Shown: piece after piece, positions 1 through 11,757 of the stretch
Layout of the letters: each line of letters opens with the position of its first letter
Position numbering within the stretch: position 1 is the stretch's first letter
Assembly: GCA_000320545.1 (NCBI GenBank)
Contig: ADNK01002830.1
Coordinates: 1 to 64,000, forward strand
Length of the DNA stretch: 64,000 bases
Direction of reading: 5' to 3'
Source of the DNA: Bigelowiella natans CCMP2755
Taxonomy: Eukaryota; Protista; Cercozoa
Position numbers and translations under genes: made by a program
Notes under the pieces: generated by a model
Database searches by the model: none
What the model saw: the letters and a program-made list of their open reading frames with translations, nothing else
What the model was told of the DNA's origin: nothing

Positions 1-865
1 CGGGGGGGTGCACATCAACATATACACTTAAAAGAATAATTAAAACGAAAATCTTGTATAATGTTTGCTGTATATGTAAATAAGTATATACATATGAATA
101 CACATGATACTCAGTGTATATGTAGTAATTAATGCGGGCTCCTGCACAAAGCTGTATAAATTCAACAAGGACATACCTGGGGGGCCGAAAAGGAGTATTC
201 CTCGCCACGGTTTCAATTTTCCCACAAACAGATTCGGAAACCTCACTGGAAGTATTACTGCTTCTTGGAGAAGTTTTTTTGCAGTTTCCAGACCAGCCAC
301 ATCCTCCCAGTGGATATTTGGTTTTTCGGTTACAACAACACTCTCAATAGTTTCATCAGTGCTTTCGTCTCATCGTCGAGCCCATCATCACCTTCCTCTT
401 CCTTTCCTTCTTCATTTTCACCGCCTGTGCCTCCTTTCTTCTTCGCGGTCTTGGTTGTGCCACCTCCCGCATGAACCACTGTCTTTTGCTTTCCACCACC
501 TTCTAAGACTTCTTTAATCTCTTCAGCCCTTTTCATGTATTCGTTAATCTTTTCCCGAACAAGTTCCTTCGAGCGCCCCTTTTCATATTTCAGACCTGAT
601 GTTTAATAAAAACAATGATGGAAAAATTGAGAAGATAATGCACAACACTGGGGTGAATCGATTATAACTTCACACGTGTGAAGTAGGTTTTAGTAGTGTG
701 GCGAAACTTTCGGAGCAACAGAATGAATAGTTTAAATGAACCTGTGATGAAGTAGCGCAACGCTTTTTTGTAAAGTGCTAGAGCTTCCTTCATTCGGTCT
801 TCATTGTCGGCTTGCACGGCCGTTTTGACGATTTTGATTGCTTCCGGTATAAACTTGCTTTCCAT
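1..865 (-). CDS. VPS4: Vacuolar protein sorting 4 AAA-ATPase (5' part; runs off window start), multi-exon
   Basis: MIT domain ([36 protein letters not shown]...YMKRAEEIK) followed by [51 protein letters not shown], the start of the Walker A motif. GT-AG introns. Apparent 1-bp deletion at 351-353. Confidence 0.95.
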
Positions 866-1480
866 CTTTTTGTATTGATGTAGACGGGGATAAAGCAATC
901 GACTATGGACTGAGAGAAATACCGCGCTCTTTCAAATTTTCTAAGCTCTACGTCAATTGAAGAACTTGATGGTTCAAAGCGGGTGGCACCTACAAATCGA
1001 AGGTGGAGAAAATGGGACCAGATCAAGTAAAAAAGATTCTTTTCATATGTACGGAGTTATTCTTGTCGAATACACAAACAACCGATTCCAAAGGATGTAA
1101 TAATATAGACATAGTAAAAGTTCGTGTGAGGCTCCTAGATTGGAGTGATCAAAATATGCCGCTTCGCTCTGGCACAACCCCTCCTTCCTTTCCGTATCCA
1201 CCTACCTCTCGACTTCCAACCTCCCCAGTTCGGTTCTGCGTTCTTGTACACAGAGTAGTGAACGTCCTGCGTTCTTAAGGTGCGACAACATCTACTTGCA
1301 TTTTTCACTAGTTCAATTCATGTTGTCTCGAGTTTGACATTAGGGTGGAAGGTTCATTTCCTCACCCCAGGCCCACTGGAAATCAGCAAGCAGCTGATCC
1401 ACCGAGAAGATCACTTGAAGAAGCGCTCCAGTTTTAGACCAAGAATATCCATGGATATCTTAATATAAAAGGAGATCGTA

Positions 1481-1690
1481 ATGGATAAGGATCCAGAGAG
1501 GATTAAGATGGTTATCTTAAATAGGAAGCTGCTTCAGGCAGCACGGATTGGTGATACGTTCTTGGCCCGTAGTGTGCTGGCTCTAAAAGCGGATATCAAC
1601 GCAAAATATGCCTTCGGGGCACAGTTAAAGCTACATGCACGAAGCTTAGATGATGCGGGGAATACGATCTCCGCACAAAGTAGCAAATGA
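1481..1690 (+). CDS. Small ankyrin-repeat-like ORF/fragment (possibly with upstream exons, possibly a pseudogene)
   Basis: LNRKLLQAARIGDTFLARSVLALKADINAK resembles one ankyrin repeat (LxxAAxxGxxxxVxxLLxxGADIN). Full gene structure not resolved. Confidence 0.45.
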   Translation: MDKDPERIKMVILNRKLLQAARIGDTFLARSVLALKADINAKYAFGAQLKLHARSLDDAGNTISAQSSK

Positions 1691-1709
1691 TGAAAAATTA
1701 ACATGTGAA

Positions 1710-2102
1710 TGAATGAATTAAATCTTTTCAATGGCCATCCTCATGTAGCGCGTACCACTACGCGGGCACAAGTCACGTGCGACAACAAAGGGGTTGTCGC
1801 GGATATAGAATATAGATAACGTAGATATTAATACAGCATAGGCACGTGGGTTCCGGCGGGACTCATGGCAGCACACCGGAAGTGTGCTGCCCCACGTGCG
1901 GCGGCATTCGCGAAAGCTTCGCGAATGATTACGCAGTGCACGATTTAATAAAAATATAATCTTTAATAAAAATAAACACAACTCTTCAAAAGGAAGCAAA
2001 CGTGCCTTTCCCCCCCCCTGCCTACTTGTGCACGTAGCGCCTCGGCCTGTGAACACCTTACGCGCAACACTCATGTAGCTATGCAAAGCTACGGCTACAG
2101 CG
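1710..2102. repeat. Dispersed hairpin repeat, copy 1 (split by the 326-bp insertion)
   Basis: GAATTAAAT..TTCAATGGCCATCCTCA|TGTAGCTATGCAAAGCTACGGCTACAGCGC matches 30692-30750. Confidence 0.75.
1744..2069. mobile_element. 326-bp solo-LTR-like (or Ginger-type non-autonomous) element
   Basis: Starts TGTAGCGCGTA and ends TACGCGCAACA (10/11 inverted match, TG..CA termini). Flanked by CTCA at 1740-1743 and 2070-2073. Internal AATAAA motifs near 1947-1977. An uninterrupted version of the target is present at 30711-30730. Confidence 0.75.
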
Positions 2103-2244
2103 CAAAAATTGTGCCTGAATAAGCTTAGTACACATAGGCGCACAGTGCGTCGATCAGCTACAGCTAGACAGGGGTATTGAGCCAGCATGCTTGCGCGCCA
2201 TGCACTACACTAGCTAGGTGTGCGCATAGACACGTGTGACCACA

Positions 2245-2284
2245 TGCATTGCAAAGCTGCATCAGGATGACTATTGAAAAAAAA
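2245..2284. repeat. Dispersed hairpin repeat, inverted partial copy
   Basis: Reverse complement TTTTCAATAGTCATCCTGATGCAGCTTTGCAATGCA matches consensus TTCAATGGTCATCCTCATGTAGCTGTGCAATGCA. Confidence 0.65.
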
Positions 2285-2907
2285 TGATCTTTTTGCATTT
2301 TCATTGCATCCGTTATCACCGTCTCACATACATCGTGTCTAGCCGTAGTACGCGATGATCGATTATCCGTGCTAGACACGACACACTGTGTGCATTGCGA
2401 TGCTACGCGGCGCGCAAATTTGGGCAAATCTAATCCACAGCAAAACACATCCTGCCCATGTTGCAGCAGTGCAGACGACGGTGCTAGAACGAAGAGTGCC
2501 TATTTTTCGAAGAATTACGTACGAGAGCCATGCTAGCATGATAGACATGTAATACCATGCATACATACTATCTAGCTATATGTGATATTACTGTGTCTAT
2601 TATAGCCGTTGTATCGTTACTATACATGGTACACGCGCAACATGCAGCTCATGCGCACATCCATATACATGAGCGTTCCGTGATACGACTCGACATTAAT
2701 TTAGCAGCAACATTGCGCTGCGAACGGATGTGCCATTATACGACGATGTACGCTCTTAACCATGTGTACAACATCTGCACAAAAATTCAACAATTATTAC
2801 TGACTAACGGCGAGCAACAAAAAATGACCAAGTCAGCGAATGAAAGTGTCTCCGATCCCGTCCATTGTTCAACTCTCCGCCTTTCTTAGCCATTTGCTAT
2901 GATGCTT

Positions 2908-4618
2908 TCAATGATGCTCCTCCTCTCCAAGCAACATGTCTTTCGCCCAGCTCAAAATCATGTCTGCCGTTGGATTTCCGTCGATGAACTTTGATGTCTC
3001 ATCATGTCCGAGAGACTTGAATTTTTTGGCTGTGACTACTTGGTCATTTGCACCTTTGACCATCGCACCATCAGCTCCACCAGGTACATAAATCGTGTTG
3101 TGACCCACGACAAATCCGTCGTCAACTTGGGTGAAATCTGTGAGATCGGTCCCATCGATGTTGATATAAGCTTCGTTCGCATGGAGTATACATGTGTTGT
3201 TGACATAAGTTTCGGCATATCCCTTTGGAGGTGGTCCTTGTGTTGACACGCTGAAGCAGACCGGAAGATACCTTTGATAATAAGGACGAAAGCATAATAA
3301 CAGGATGAGCTTAGAAAAGGCTTACAGATCATCTCGTGATATTTCGTTATTCTAGATTTGAGATTTACAAAAAAAGAAGCAGCACTGATTTTTCATGAGA
3401 TTCTCGATTTATTTTGGACGTCGTACGTACACGAAAGGGAAAACGTGCAGGCTGTTGCGAGAGATCTTTGAATGGCCATCGAAATCGGACTTGTGCCCTC
3501 CATACACGCAGAAATTGTGATGCATCTGCACGAAAAATTATGGTTATTTTCCATTGCTGAATGGAATTCCTCAATCGCAAACTTATCATATCACGTTAAA
3601 GTTATTGGCTGTCAATATGCACTGTTTTGTTGGTACTTTGAAGCAACGGTACATTGTGGTGGTGAAGTAACAATTAATAAGAACTCACGTCATAGTAGGC
3701 CGAGCCGTCGTCGTGGTCGAAGCAGCCCCCATCTGCAGCATAATTGGCTACAATGAAGTTGTGGTGCATATCATTTTCTGCAGGAACAGTGCTTGGTTTT
3801 CCATTGCGAATCGAAGTAATGTAAGGCAGTCTGTCCCAAGAATTGAAAGCTCCATGATCCGAAGACTCACGACATGTATTAAAGAGCAAGTTATCCACCA
3901 TCTCACAACCGCCCCCAAACCTAATGAGTGCATGGATGATGAGTGATGGAGAGGATGCTGATAATGATGATCATGGTAGCGTGATGCTTGAGGAATTGGT
4001 GATGGTAATGGTATCAACGATGTACTTTAAACTTTATAGTTGTATCGCTTTGTGAGTGTATAATTTGACCCGTCGTTGAAATTGATTGCAGCACGTGGCA
4101 AATCGAAGGCAATGTTCTTGGCGAGGCGCGTCTGAGCACTAACAGCCTGGAAGAAACAACTGGACTGCTTCTGATACATGCCAATCTGATAGCAAAAGTT
4201 GCTTTCGAACGTTGTGAAACGTGGCTGCTCCCCGCCCGTGCCGTCGTTGCCATTTTTCACACGACCCCAAAGGGCAACACCACTCATTCCCAGCCATGCG
4301 AATCTAAAATATCAACAGCAGCAGCAATAGCCCATACAATGAGTTGATAAATCAACGTGAGGTAAGTAGCTACCATAACAACTTCTGTCAGTCAAAACAA
4401 ACAATACTGCTATTTATTATATACAAAGCATACTCGTTTTTCATGATCGAAGTCCTGCGGTTGTAACCAGAGAGAAATACTGCGTGTGTTTCCAGGCGCA
4501 CAAACGTATTGTTACTGATGCTGATATCCTCGGTGCCCTCCAGTAAGACTGCACCCAATCGCTGCAAAGCCCAGTCACCTCCGGATGGAACGCCATGAGA
4601 CTCCATGTATCTGTCGTA

Positions 4619-4655
<37 letters not shown>

Positions 4656-5286
4656 CAGTGATGTTAGGTGCTAATGCTGGAGGGTAGTTATAATGTGCGA
4701 GGAAACAGCAGTAGCAGTAGTAGTAGTTGTTTTTGTTGTTGTGGCAGGATTCATTACGTTGGCCTGTTTGCGGTGAAGACAAGGTTATCGATCGAGATAT
4801 TGCGAACGGGATGATCCATAGTGCCTCTGATTTCGAAGATGTTGGCGAGTTGAGGCACCACAACCTCAGTTGGAGGTGGAGATTCGGTATCGTTTGGGTA
4901 GAAATAAAGTTGGCTGGTCGCTTCGTCGAAGAAAAACTCGTTGGGAGCATCGAGTTCCTCCAACACATTCTCAATGTACCATTCTTGTGCAGTGTCTGCG
5001 CCCTCTCCCCCCTGATGACCTCCTGCTCCGAATCGGAATTCATCCGGATTCACATGTGGAGCACGTCCAGAAACCATGTCATCTTGAGGAGAAGGGTTCC
5101 ATTCATCGTAAACCTGTCAACCATATCATTTGAGTTCAGTGTCATGGTATAAGCTTGCAAAGCAAAATGTAGTGGTAGTGTATGAGTGCATCGTCTACTG
5201 AGTGAGAGAGAGAGAAAGAGAGAAACAGAGAAAAAGTATAAATGTTGCCCATACTCGTCATACGAAGAATTGCAACGATTCTTATT

Positions 5287-5318
<32 letters not shown>

Positions 5319-7433
5319 TTTGATTGTATATTACACGTCCATAGCATCCGAATGCCCAATCACCCAGCGTTGCTCCATGCCACGTCCAACCCATACACGG
5401 TGTAGTTTCATTGCATTTGGCCCAGCATTCGTCACTCGTGTTCATGTTGCCGAGAAACTTGATTGAATCGGTTGAATCCCCAGGATTATCCACTGCACCG
5501 GCGATGTTATTACTCTTCTCAGCAATGGTCCAGTGATCTACTTTGCGGCCTTTCACCTGGAGATAGATGATTACAATGACGATGACGATACAATGGAGAT
5601 GGTAGACGCGAATGAGGAGGTACTCACATCCACAACAAAGTATAACAATATAACTGCTATTCCATTATTACCGTATGGTCGATCTCGAACATCCACGAGA
5701 ACCAATGCCCAATCCGCCAAGTTCTGATCTCCGCACCCTTAATGTTCTTATAAGGATAATTGGGCAGCAATTTCGACCCAAATAGTGATGAAGGAGAGCG
5801 CGTGTGCATCTCAGGCACTTGCCGAAGTGTGTAGAAATCCTTAGAGCACCAAGGGCTTTGAGGAGGGTCATAGCGTTCGCACGCGCCGCCAAATCCCATA
5901 GTATAGTTCTGGTACATTCCGTGCCACGAATCCGTCACAGCTATATTCTTTGTGGTGCTAGTAGTGGAGTAACAACAATTTGTAAAAGCCATATACGCCG
6001 AAATTGATGACAGAAGAAAGTTTAGAGAGAGAGCGCGAGAGAGAGAGAACATACCTATTTCCGCAGAATGTGTTGGGGTCGCAAACCTTTCCATGATGCC
6101 TAATTATCATGTGATGTCAGCATGAATTCTAATACAATTTCCTTGCTGAAACACAGGTAACAATTTCTATGTGATAACTGTAGTTGCGTTGTTTGAAGTG
6201 GATATTGAAATGTTTTCACTATTCGGGGGCTTCATCATATAATAGTTTACTCTGGCGTGCCCCAAGCAGTGTCATTCATCACATATCCCATAGGAAATAT
6301 GTCAATCTCTGGGTTCGCATTAGGGTATCGGGCACGTGTGGCGCGCTTTGATCCAACCTTTGTAAGAGATGATGTGCAAATTCAAGAAGAGACGGTAGTC
6401 AAAAGCGGACTCATAGAACAAAAATATATATTTGGTTAAAGGAAATGATTGAAATAACAAGAGCTTCCTCCCTTTCCGATGCCCCTATTACATGGAGGGC
6501 TTTAATTCCAAATGGCAGTTTTTGCTGGATCTTGGCTACATAAATCGTGCCCTTGGATTCTTGGTTATCATTCGTGATTTTCTTGTACTCCTTCCATTCT
6601 AGATTTTTGAGTGCGATCCCGCCTGACACAATAGCTTCTGACCCCTCGCCTGTTATGCGTAACCCGTTGTCCTGAGGTCCCAAAACTAATGTGTCCAGCA
6701 CATGGTGCGTTCCGTCCTTGAGGATAATTTGCCCATTTCCCCTAAGAGGATAAAGATAGATTTATTCATTGGCAACAGGGCAAAATGTATTTAGAAAAAC
6801 CCTCCAAATTCTATAGGACCATCTCCCAGAAATATTTGGTGAAAAAACGAAAGTGTCGCTGAGATGTTTGAGGTTGAATGAAGCTCCTGCGAATTTGATT
6901 ACTTGCACTGTCGCGTGACTTCCAACGCCTCGTGCAATGATGAGACTGTGGATCTTCGGTGAAGTCCATGCTGCCGTGGTGGCAATGATGACGAAGCATC
7001 CACAATAACATCGCAGCTCGTTTCCATTATAGGAGCTCTACGTTCCTCCTCAAGAATTGCAAAGTCCATAGGTGAAGAGAACGATTTGTTGCATAAGGAT
7101 GCAAGCTACAAAGACAGATGGATTAGGTTTGAGAATTTCTTTCAAACAATGACTAGTGGTACCAATGACGAATCAATTTTCAGTTCTAAACAGGCATAAA
7201 ATGATGCTATTAACGTCAAGATTGACCTGCAGTGCGTCGTGTAGCATGGCCATTTTCCTAGTATCTCGAGCAATGAATGGCTGAATGTGTGTGGCATACT
7301 CTAACGCAGCCTCTCTCCACGCACATTCAAAAGTATGATTACGGACAGGCTCGGATACCGCCTGGGTTAGGCTGAGGAGGAGAGGGAGGATCAGAATCGA
7401 CCCCTCCCAAATGCACATGGCAAGCTTCGCCAT
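2908..7433 (-). CDS. Secreted right-handed beta-helix (pectin-lyase-like fold) protein with a PAN/apple-like insert, multi-exon
   Basis: Signal peptide (ILILPLLLSLTQA). Family-typical segments GGEGADTAQEWYIENVLEELDAPNEFFFD, HGVPSGGDWALQRLGAVLLEGTEDISISNNTF, NLLFNTCRESSDHGAFNSWDR and DHDDGSAYYD. Cys pattern ECWAKCNETTPCMGWTW...CYGR is PAN/apple-like. Confidence 0.75.
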
Positions 7434-7619
7434 TTGGCTTTCACTTTTGAGAGGAGATTCTTGCTAGATTCAAGGGCAATTTATATCTACGACATGTAAA
7501 GAATAAGCATGAAATCTAGAAAAAGGCTGTGCTCACATGTACATGTAACCGAATGTAGTGAGTTACGAGATGTGCACAAAGAGGGGGTATGCGAGCAGCA
7601 ACCGTAAAAATCTCACAAA

Positions 7620-10600
7620 ATGCCCTCGATTTTCCTGTATTTTGGGGTTGCAACAGTTACTTTTGAAGTACAGAATTCTGCTGTTCCCAGCTCGTTTGAG
7701 GAACGACAAACTCCTTCCTCAACGTGTGCCAGACTACTGCTCCTTCATCGCAAGACTGTTGAGACGGACAGGCTAATTACTGACAGACATCACCAGCAGT
7801 AGCAACAGTGTGATGGTGAAGAAGCTAATGATATTAAATTGAAGGGGTGCAGATAAGAAATTGGGAAAGCTTGTTCACAGTGGTGGTATTCGGTTCTCGA
7901 TGCAATTCAAGGTTGAACATGTACTTCCGACTGAAACACGATGTAGCTAATTTAAACTCTCAAAATTTAATGCTCCAAAGGTTTTCTCGAGACTCTGTGC
8001 ACTTGGGGTGGCCCTATTGTTATCTGTGGCAGATGCTGTAATGCAATACGAAAGATGATCAGATGTTCATGAATTGATTCAGTTGCCGATGTGAAACAAT
8101 CATGTGATTATTATCCAGGCATCCCTCGCCCCGACAATGTCTCCCTCACTTACTCCTACAGTTAATCCTAGCATTACGCCTTCTCTAAGTCCCGCAACTT
8201 CTAGTTCTAGTCTCACTATTACTCCAAGTCTTAGTCCAACATCCACCCCATCTACTTCTCCGTTGGCATCAAGTTCGGGCCCCACAATTGCTCCAAGTCT
8301 TAGTCCAACATCCACCCCATCTACTTCTCCGTTGGCATCAAGTTCGGCAAGCCCCACAATTACTCCAAGTCTTAGTCCAACATCCACCCCATCTACTTCT
8401 CCGTTGGCATCAAGTTCGGGCCCCACAATTGCTCCAAGTCTTAGTCCAACATCCACCCCATCTACTTCTCCGTTGGCATCAAGTTCGGCAAGCCCCACAA
8501 TTACTCCAAGTCTTAGTCCAACATCCACCCCATCTACTTCTCCGTTGGCATCAAGTTCGGCAAGCCCCACAATTGCTCCAAGTCTTAGTCCAACATCCAC
8601 CCCATCTACTTCTCCGTTGGCATCAAGTTCGGCAAGCCCCACAATTGCTCCAAGTCTTAGTCCAACATCCACCCCATCTACTTCTCCGTTGGCATCAAGT
8701 TCGGCAAGCCCCACAATTACTCCAAGTCTTAGTCCAACATCCACCCCATCTACTTCTCCGTTGGCATCAAGTTCGAGCCCCTCCATTGCTCCAAGTTTGA
8801 GCCCCTCCATTGCTCCAAGTTTGAGTCCCTCTGTTGCTCCGAGTATGGGCCCAAGCATCACTTCAACAGGCAGTAAATTATTGTAAATCTCGAGCAACCT
8901 GAAATACTAATAAAATTCTACTTTCGGGTATTATCACTTTACAGGATCGCCAACGTCATCTAAGGTAGCTAGCGGATTCTTTCGTATGGGTCCTGAAACA
9001 AGCACCTACTATGCTGAGCCAAGAGGCTACACATTTCAGGTAATGGCATCTAGTAGTAACATGGTGTTCGTAATTTGATGGTAAAAAATACTATTCTGAG
9101 CAGGCTCCATGCGGTCTCACTATTTCTTCTGTGTACGTCCATGGAAACGTCCTTCGTTCTCAATATGTCGTAATTTACCGATCCTCTGTCAACTATGAGG
9201 AGACTCCGGCAGAAACACAAAACCCGGTGGTGCTTTTTCAAAGTGGGGGGACGTTCTCCGGGTCAGATTGGATCCCTGTGAATATTGATATCAGCGCAGG
9301 TGATTTCATAGGAGTTCTTGGCTATCGACGCAGTGGCTCGAGTATCGAGGTCAGCTACACAACCCAGTCGCTGATTCGTGCAGAGCTGGGTTGCTCACAG
9401 AACTTCGCTATAGAGCGATTAGTCAGTTCCGAGCTACAAGTATTTCCACCTGCATCTGTCTCTCGGTGAGATACAACCATACCAACTAATTGTAGTATCA
9501 CAATGTTCGTTGGTTTTATCACAGAAATGGATGATGATGATGATGATAACGATGATGATGATAAAAACAACTGACTTACGCATTATCTGCTGTAAAGGGA
9601 ACCTTCAACCGATTTAATCTCTCGAATTGACATGAATTTCACCGCACCACCGTCTCCTGTGCCCGTTCTAGCTAGAATAGTAAACTCACTGGCCGGAATT
9701 GAGGTATCTTATTCGAGTCCGACGGCGCAACCATTGCTGCCGTGTTCTTCTTTTCTCACCCCCGCTTCACTTGCGTTGATTGGGACGATGCCATCATGCA
9801 CGTGGGCGCAACCCGATGTCCTATATATCCACTTCGGAGACTCAGCCACTGCAGTGGTTGGGAATGAGCTTGCCTTCGAAGGTAGTACTACATTTGCTAC
9901 TGATGCATACGTGCACATCAAGTGATTTTCTTTTATGGAAAGGACGCCTGGTTGTGGATCCGCACGGACGGTTCCTTGTATATAACCCAAGCGTGGAGAT
10001 TCAAGCACCTTTACAACCAAGAGCGCTCTCCCTTAACCTCATCGGCGCTCAATCTCTTGGTCCATGCCACGCAACAGCTACCTATGAGACTCAGTACAAC
10101 AGCAATCGGACCGTCAGTGTTCAATGGGAGCTTATCAAGCGCCCAAATGCTACGGGTATTGTTCCGTCGCCGTATGCCGCAATAAATGCTGTGCTCGCAG
10201 CTGCTACGACGGATTCAATAACAATTCCTATTGGAGCCTTACTGGCAGGAGATTACGTACTGAAAGCCAAAGCTACGACTTGGATCAACTCCACCGCTGA
10301 AGCGCTGCTCAATTTTACCCGATCAACAAATATCTTACTTACGTCCTCTGCTCCTGATTTCATAACAATAACACGTTCTACTCGCTATTCTGTACAAGTT
10401 CGCATAGCGGATTCTTCGTGCCTCTCCAATACAAATCTTGATAGTAGCACAAGCCTTTTAATACAGCAAACATTGTGGCGTCAGGCTCTTCCAGGAGAAT
10501 ATCTTCCTCAAATAGGTAACTCTCACCGAATTAAACTCTCTTTGAAGTGGTGATTACTTGCATGATATATGAAGCATGATCAACTTGTGTTGGCTACCAC

Positions 10601-11716
10601 TTCCATGATTGTTCGTCTTTCTATCGTCGCTAGGTTCAAGAAATTTGATTGGTGACGACGTCATAGAAATGGCCAACAAGAGCGTTTTGGCGCTATCTTT
10701 CAACCCATATACCTTGCCTGACAATGCGACTTATGGATTCGTTTTTAGCGTCAACCTGACAGATTCCTCAGGTACACCGCAATTTCGAATCAAATTATGC
10801 AGTTATTGTGCTGCTTCTCTGAGCTGGGTCTTTCTTGTGATCAAGACATTATCGTAACATCATTTCATTTCAGGAGTAACTTATCTTACGGAACACAAGA
10901 ATTTTTCCGTTGAAGTGGTTTCTAAGCGATTGGAAGCTGTAATCTTGGGGGGACATGCAATTCGTTTTGTACCAGAAGTGCCATCGTCGAGCGTAGTCTT
11001 TAATGCTTCACGAAGCTTCGATCCGAATGTGGATGTCCACAGCAGCAGCAGCTCATCAATCTCGTCCTCATCATCTCTAATATACTCGTGGAATGTCGCA
11101 GATACGGCAGATCCCACATGGAACCTTCCCGCAGGTTGAATGCTTCTCCATAGTAGTGTGTACTTTCATGGCCTTGTTCCACTAGAATGTAATGGAGCAG
11201 CTGCTTCACTTACGCTGAAAGAGTTGACTTATGAGCGAGAGAGAATTTGCTGCTAATATTGCCCTGTATGGTGGTTTGCTTGCACAATCTATGAAAATTG
11301 GTAAGAAGAATACACGTAGTTTATCCAATGACTTCTTCCCCGCTGAACTCGATTGGCGTTTGTTTGCGTTCTCTTTCCTCAGGTCCAGACGTGGCATCAA
11401 GTGCTCTCACACTACAAACGTCAACGTTGCAAGCAGGAAAGAGATACAAGGTCAACGTTAGCGTAGCAGAAGCATCGTCGTCGCCAAGCTCAAGTGATAG
11501 TGCAGCACAAATGCTGGAAATAGTGCCAGGAGTTGGTTTGACAGTTTCCATGGACAATGTGCCCTTTCAAGAACGCATAAATCCTACACAAAGTCTATCT
11601 CTCATTGCAAATGTGCAAGGCCAATATGAATTCCTCGAATACAACTGGTAATGATTGTGGATTCGAAACCTTATTGCATGTTTAAAACTATATGACGTAT
11701 AGATGTTATATATTAA

Positions 11717-11757
<41 letters not shown>

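Noticed and set aside
8218-8778. Possible CRISPR-like array
   Set aside because: Units are contiguous with no unique spacers and encode an S/T/P stalk in a eukaryotic gene.
8100-8897. 265-aa antisense ORF and 170-aa alternative-frame ORF
   Set aside because: Open frames are a by-product of the stop-free in-frame tandem repeat in the PKD-like exon.
8869-8944. Possible GC-AG intron
   Set aside because: A GT donor 3 nt downstream gives the same frame, so it cannot be decided from sequence.
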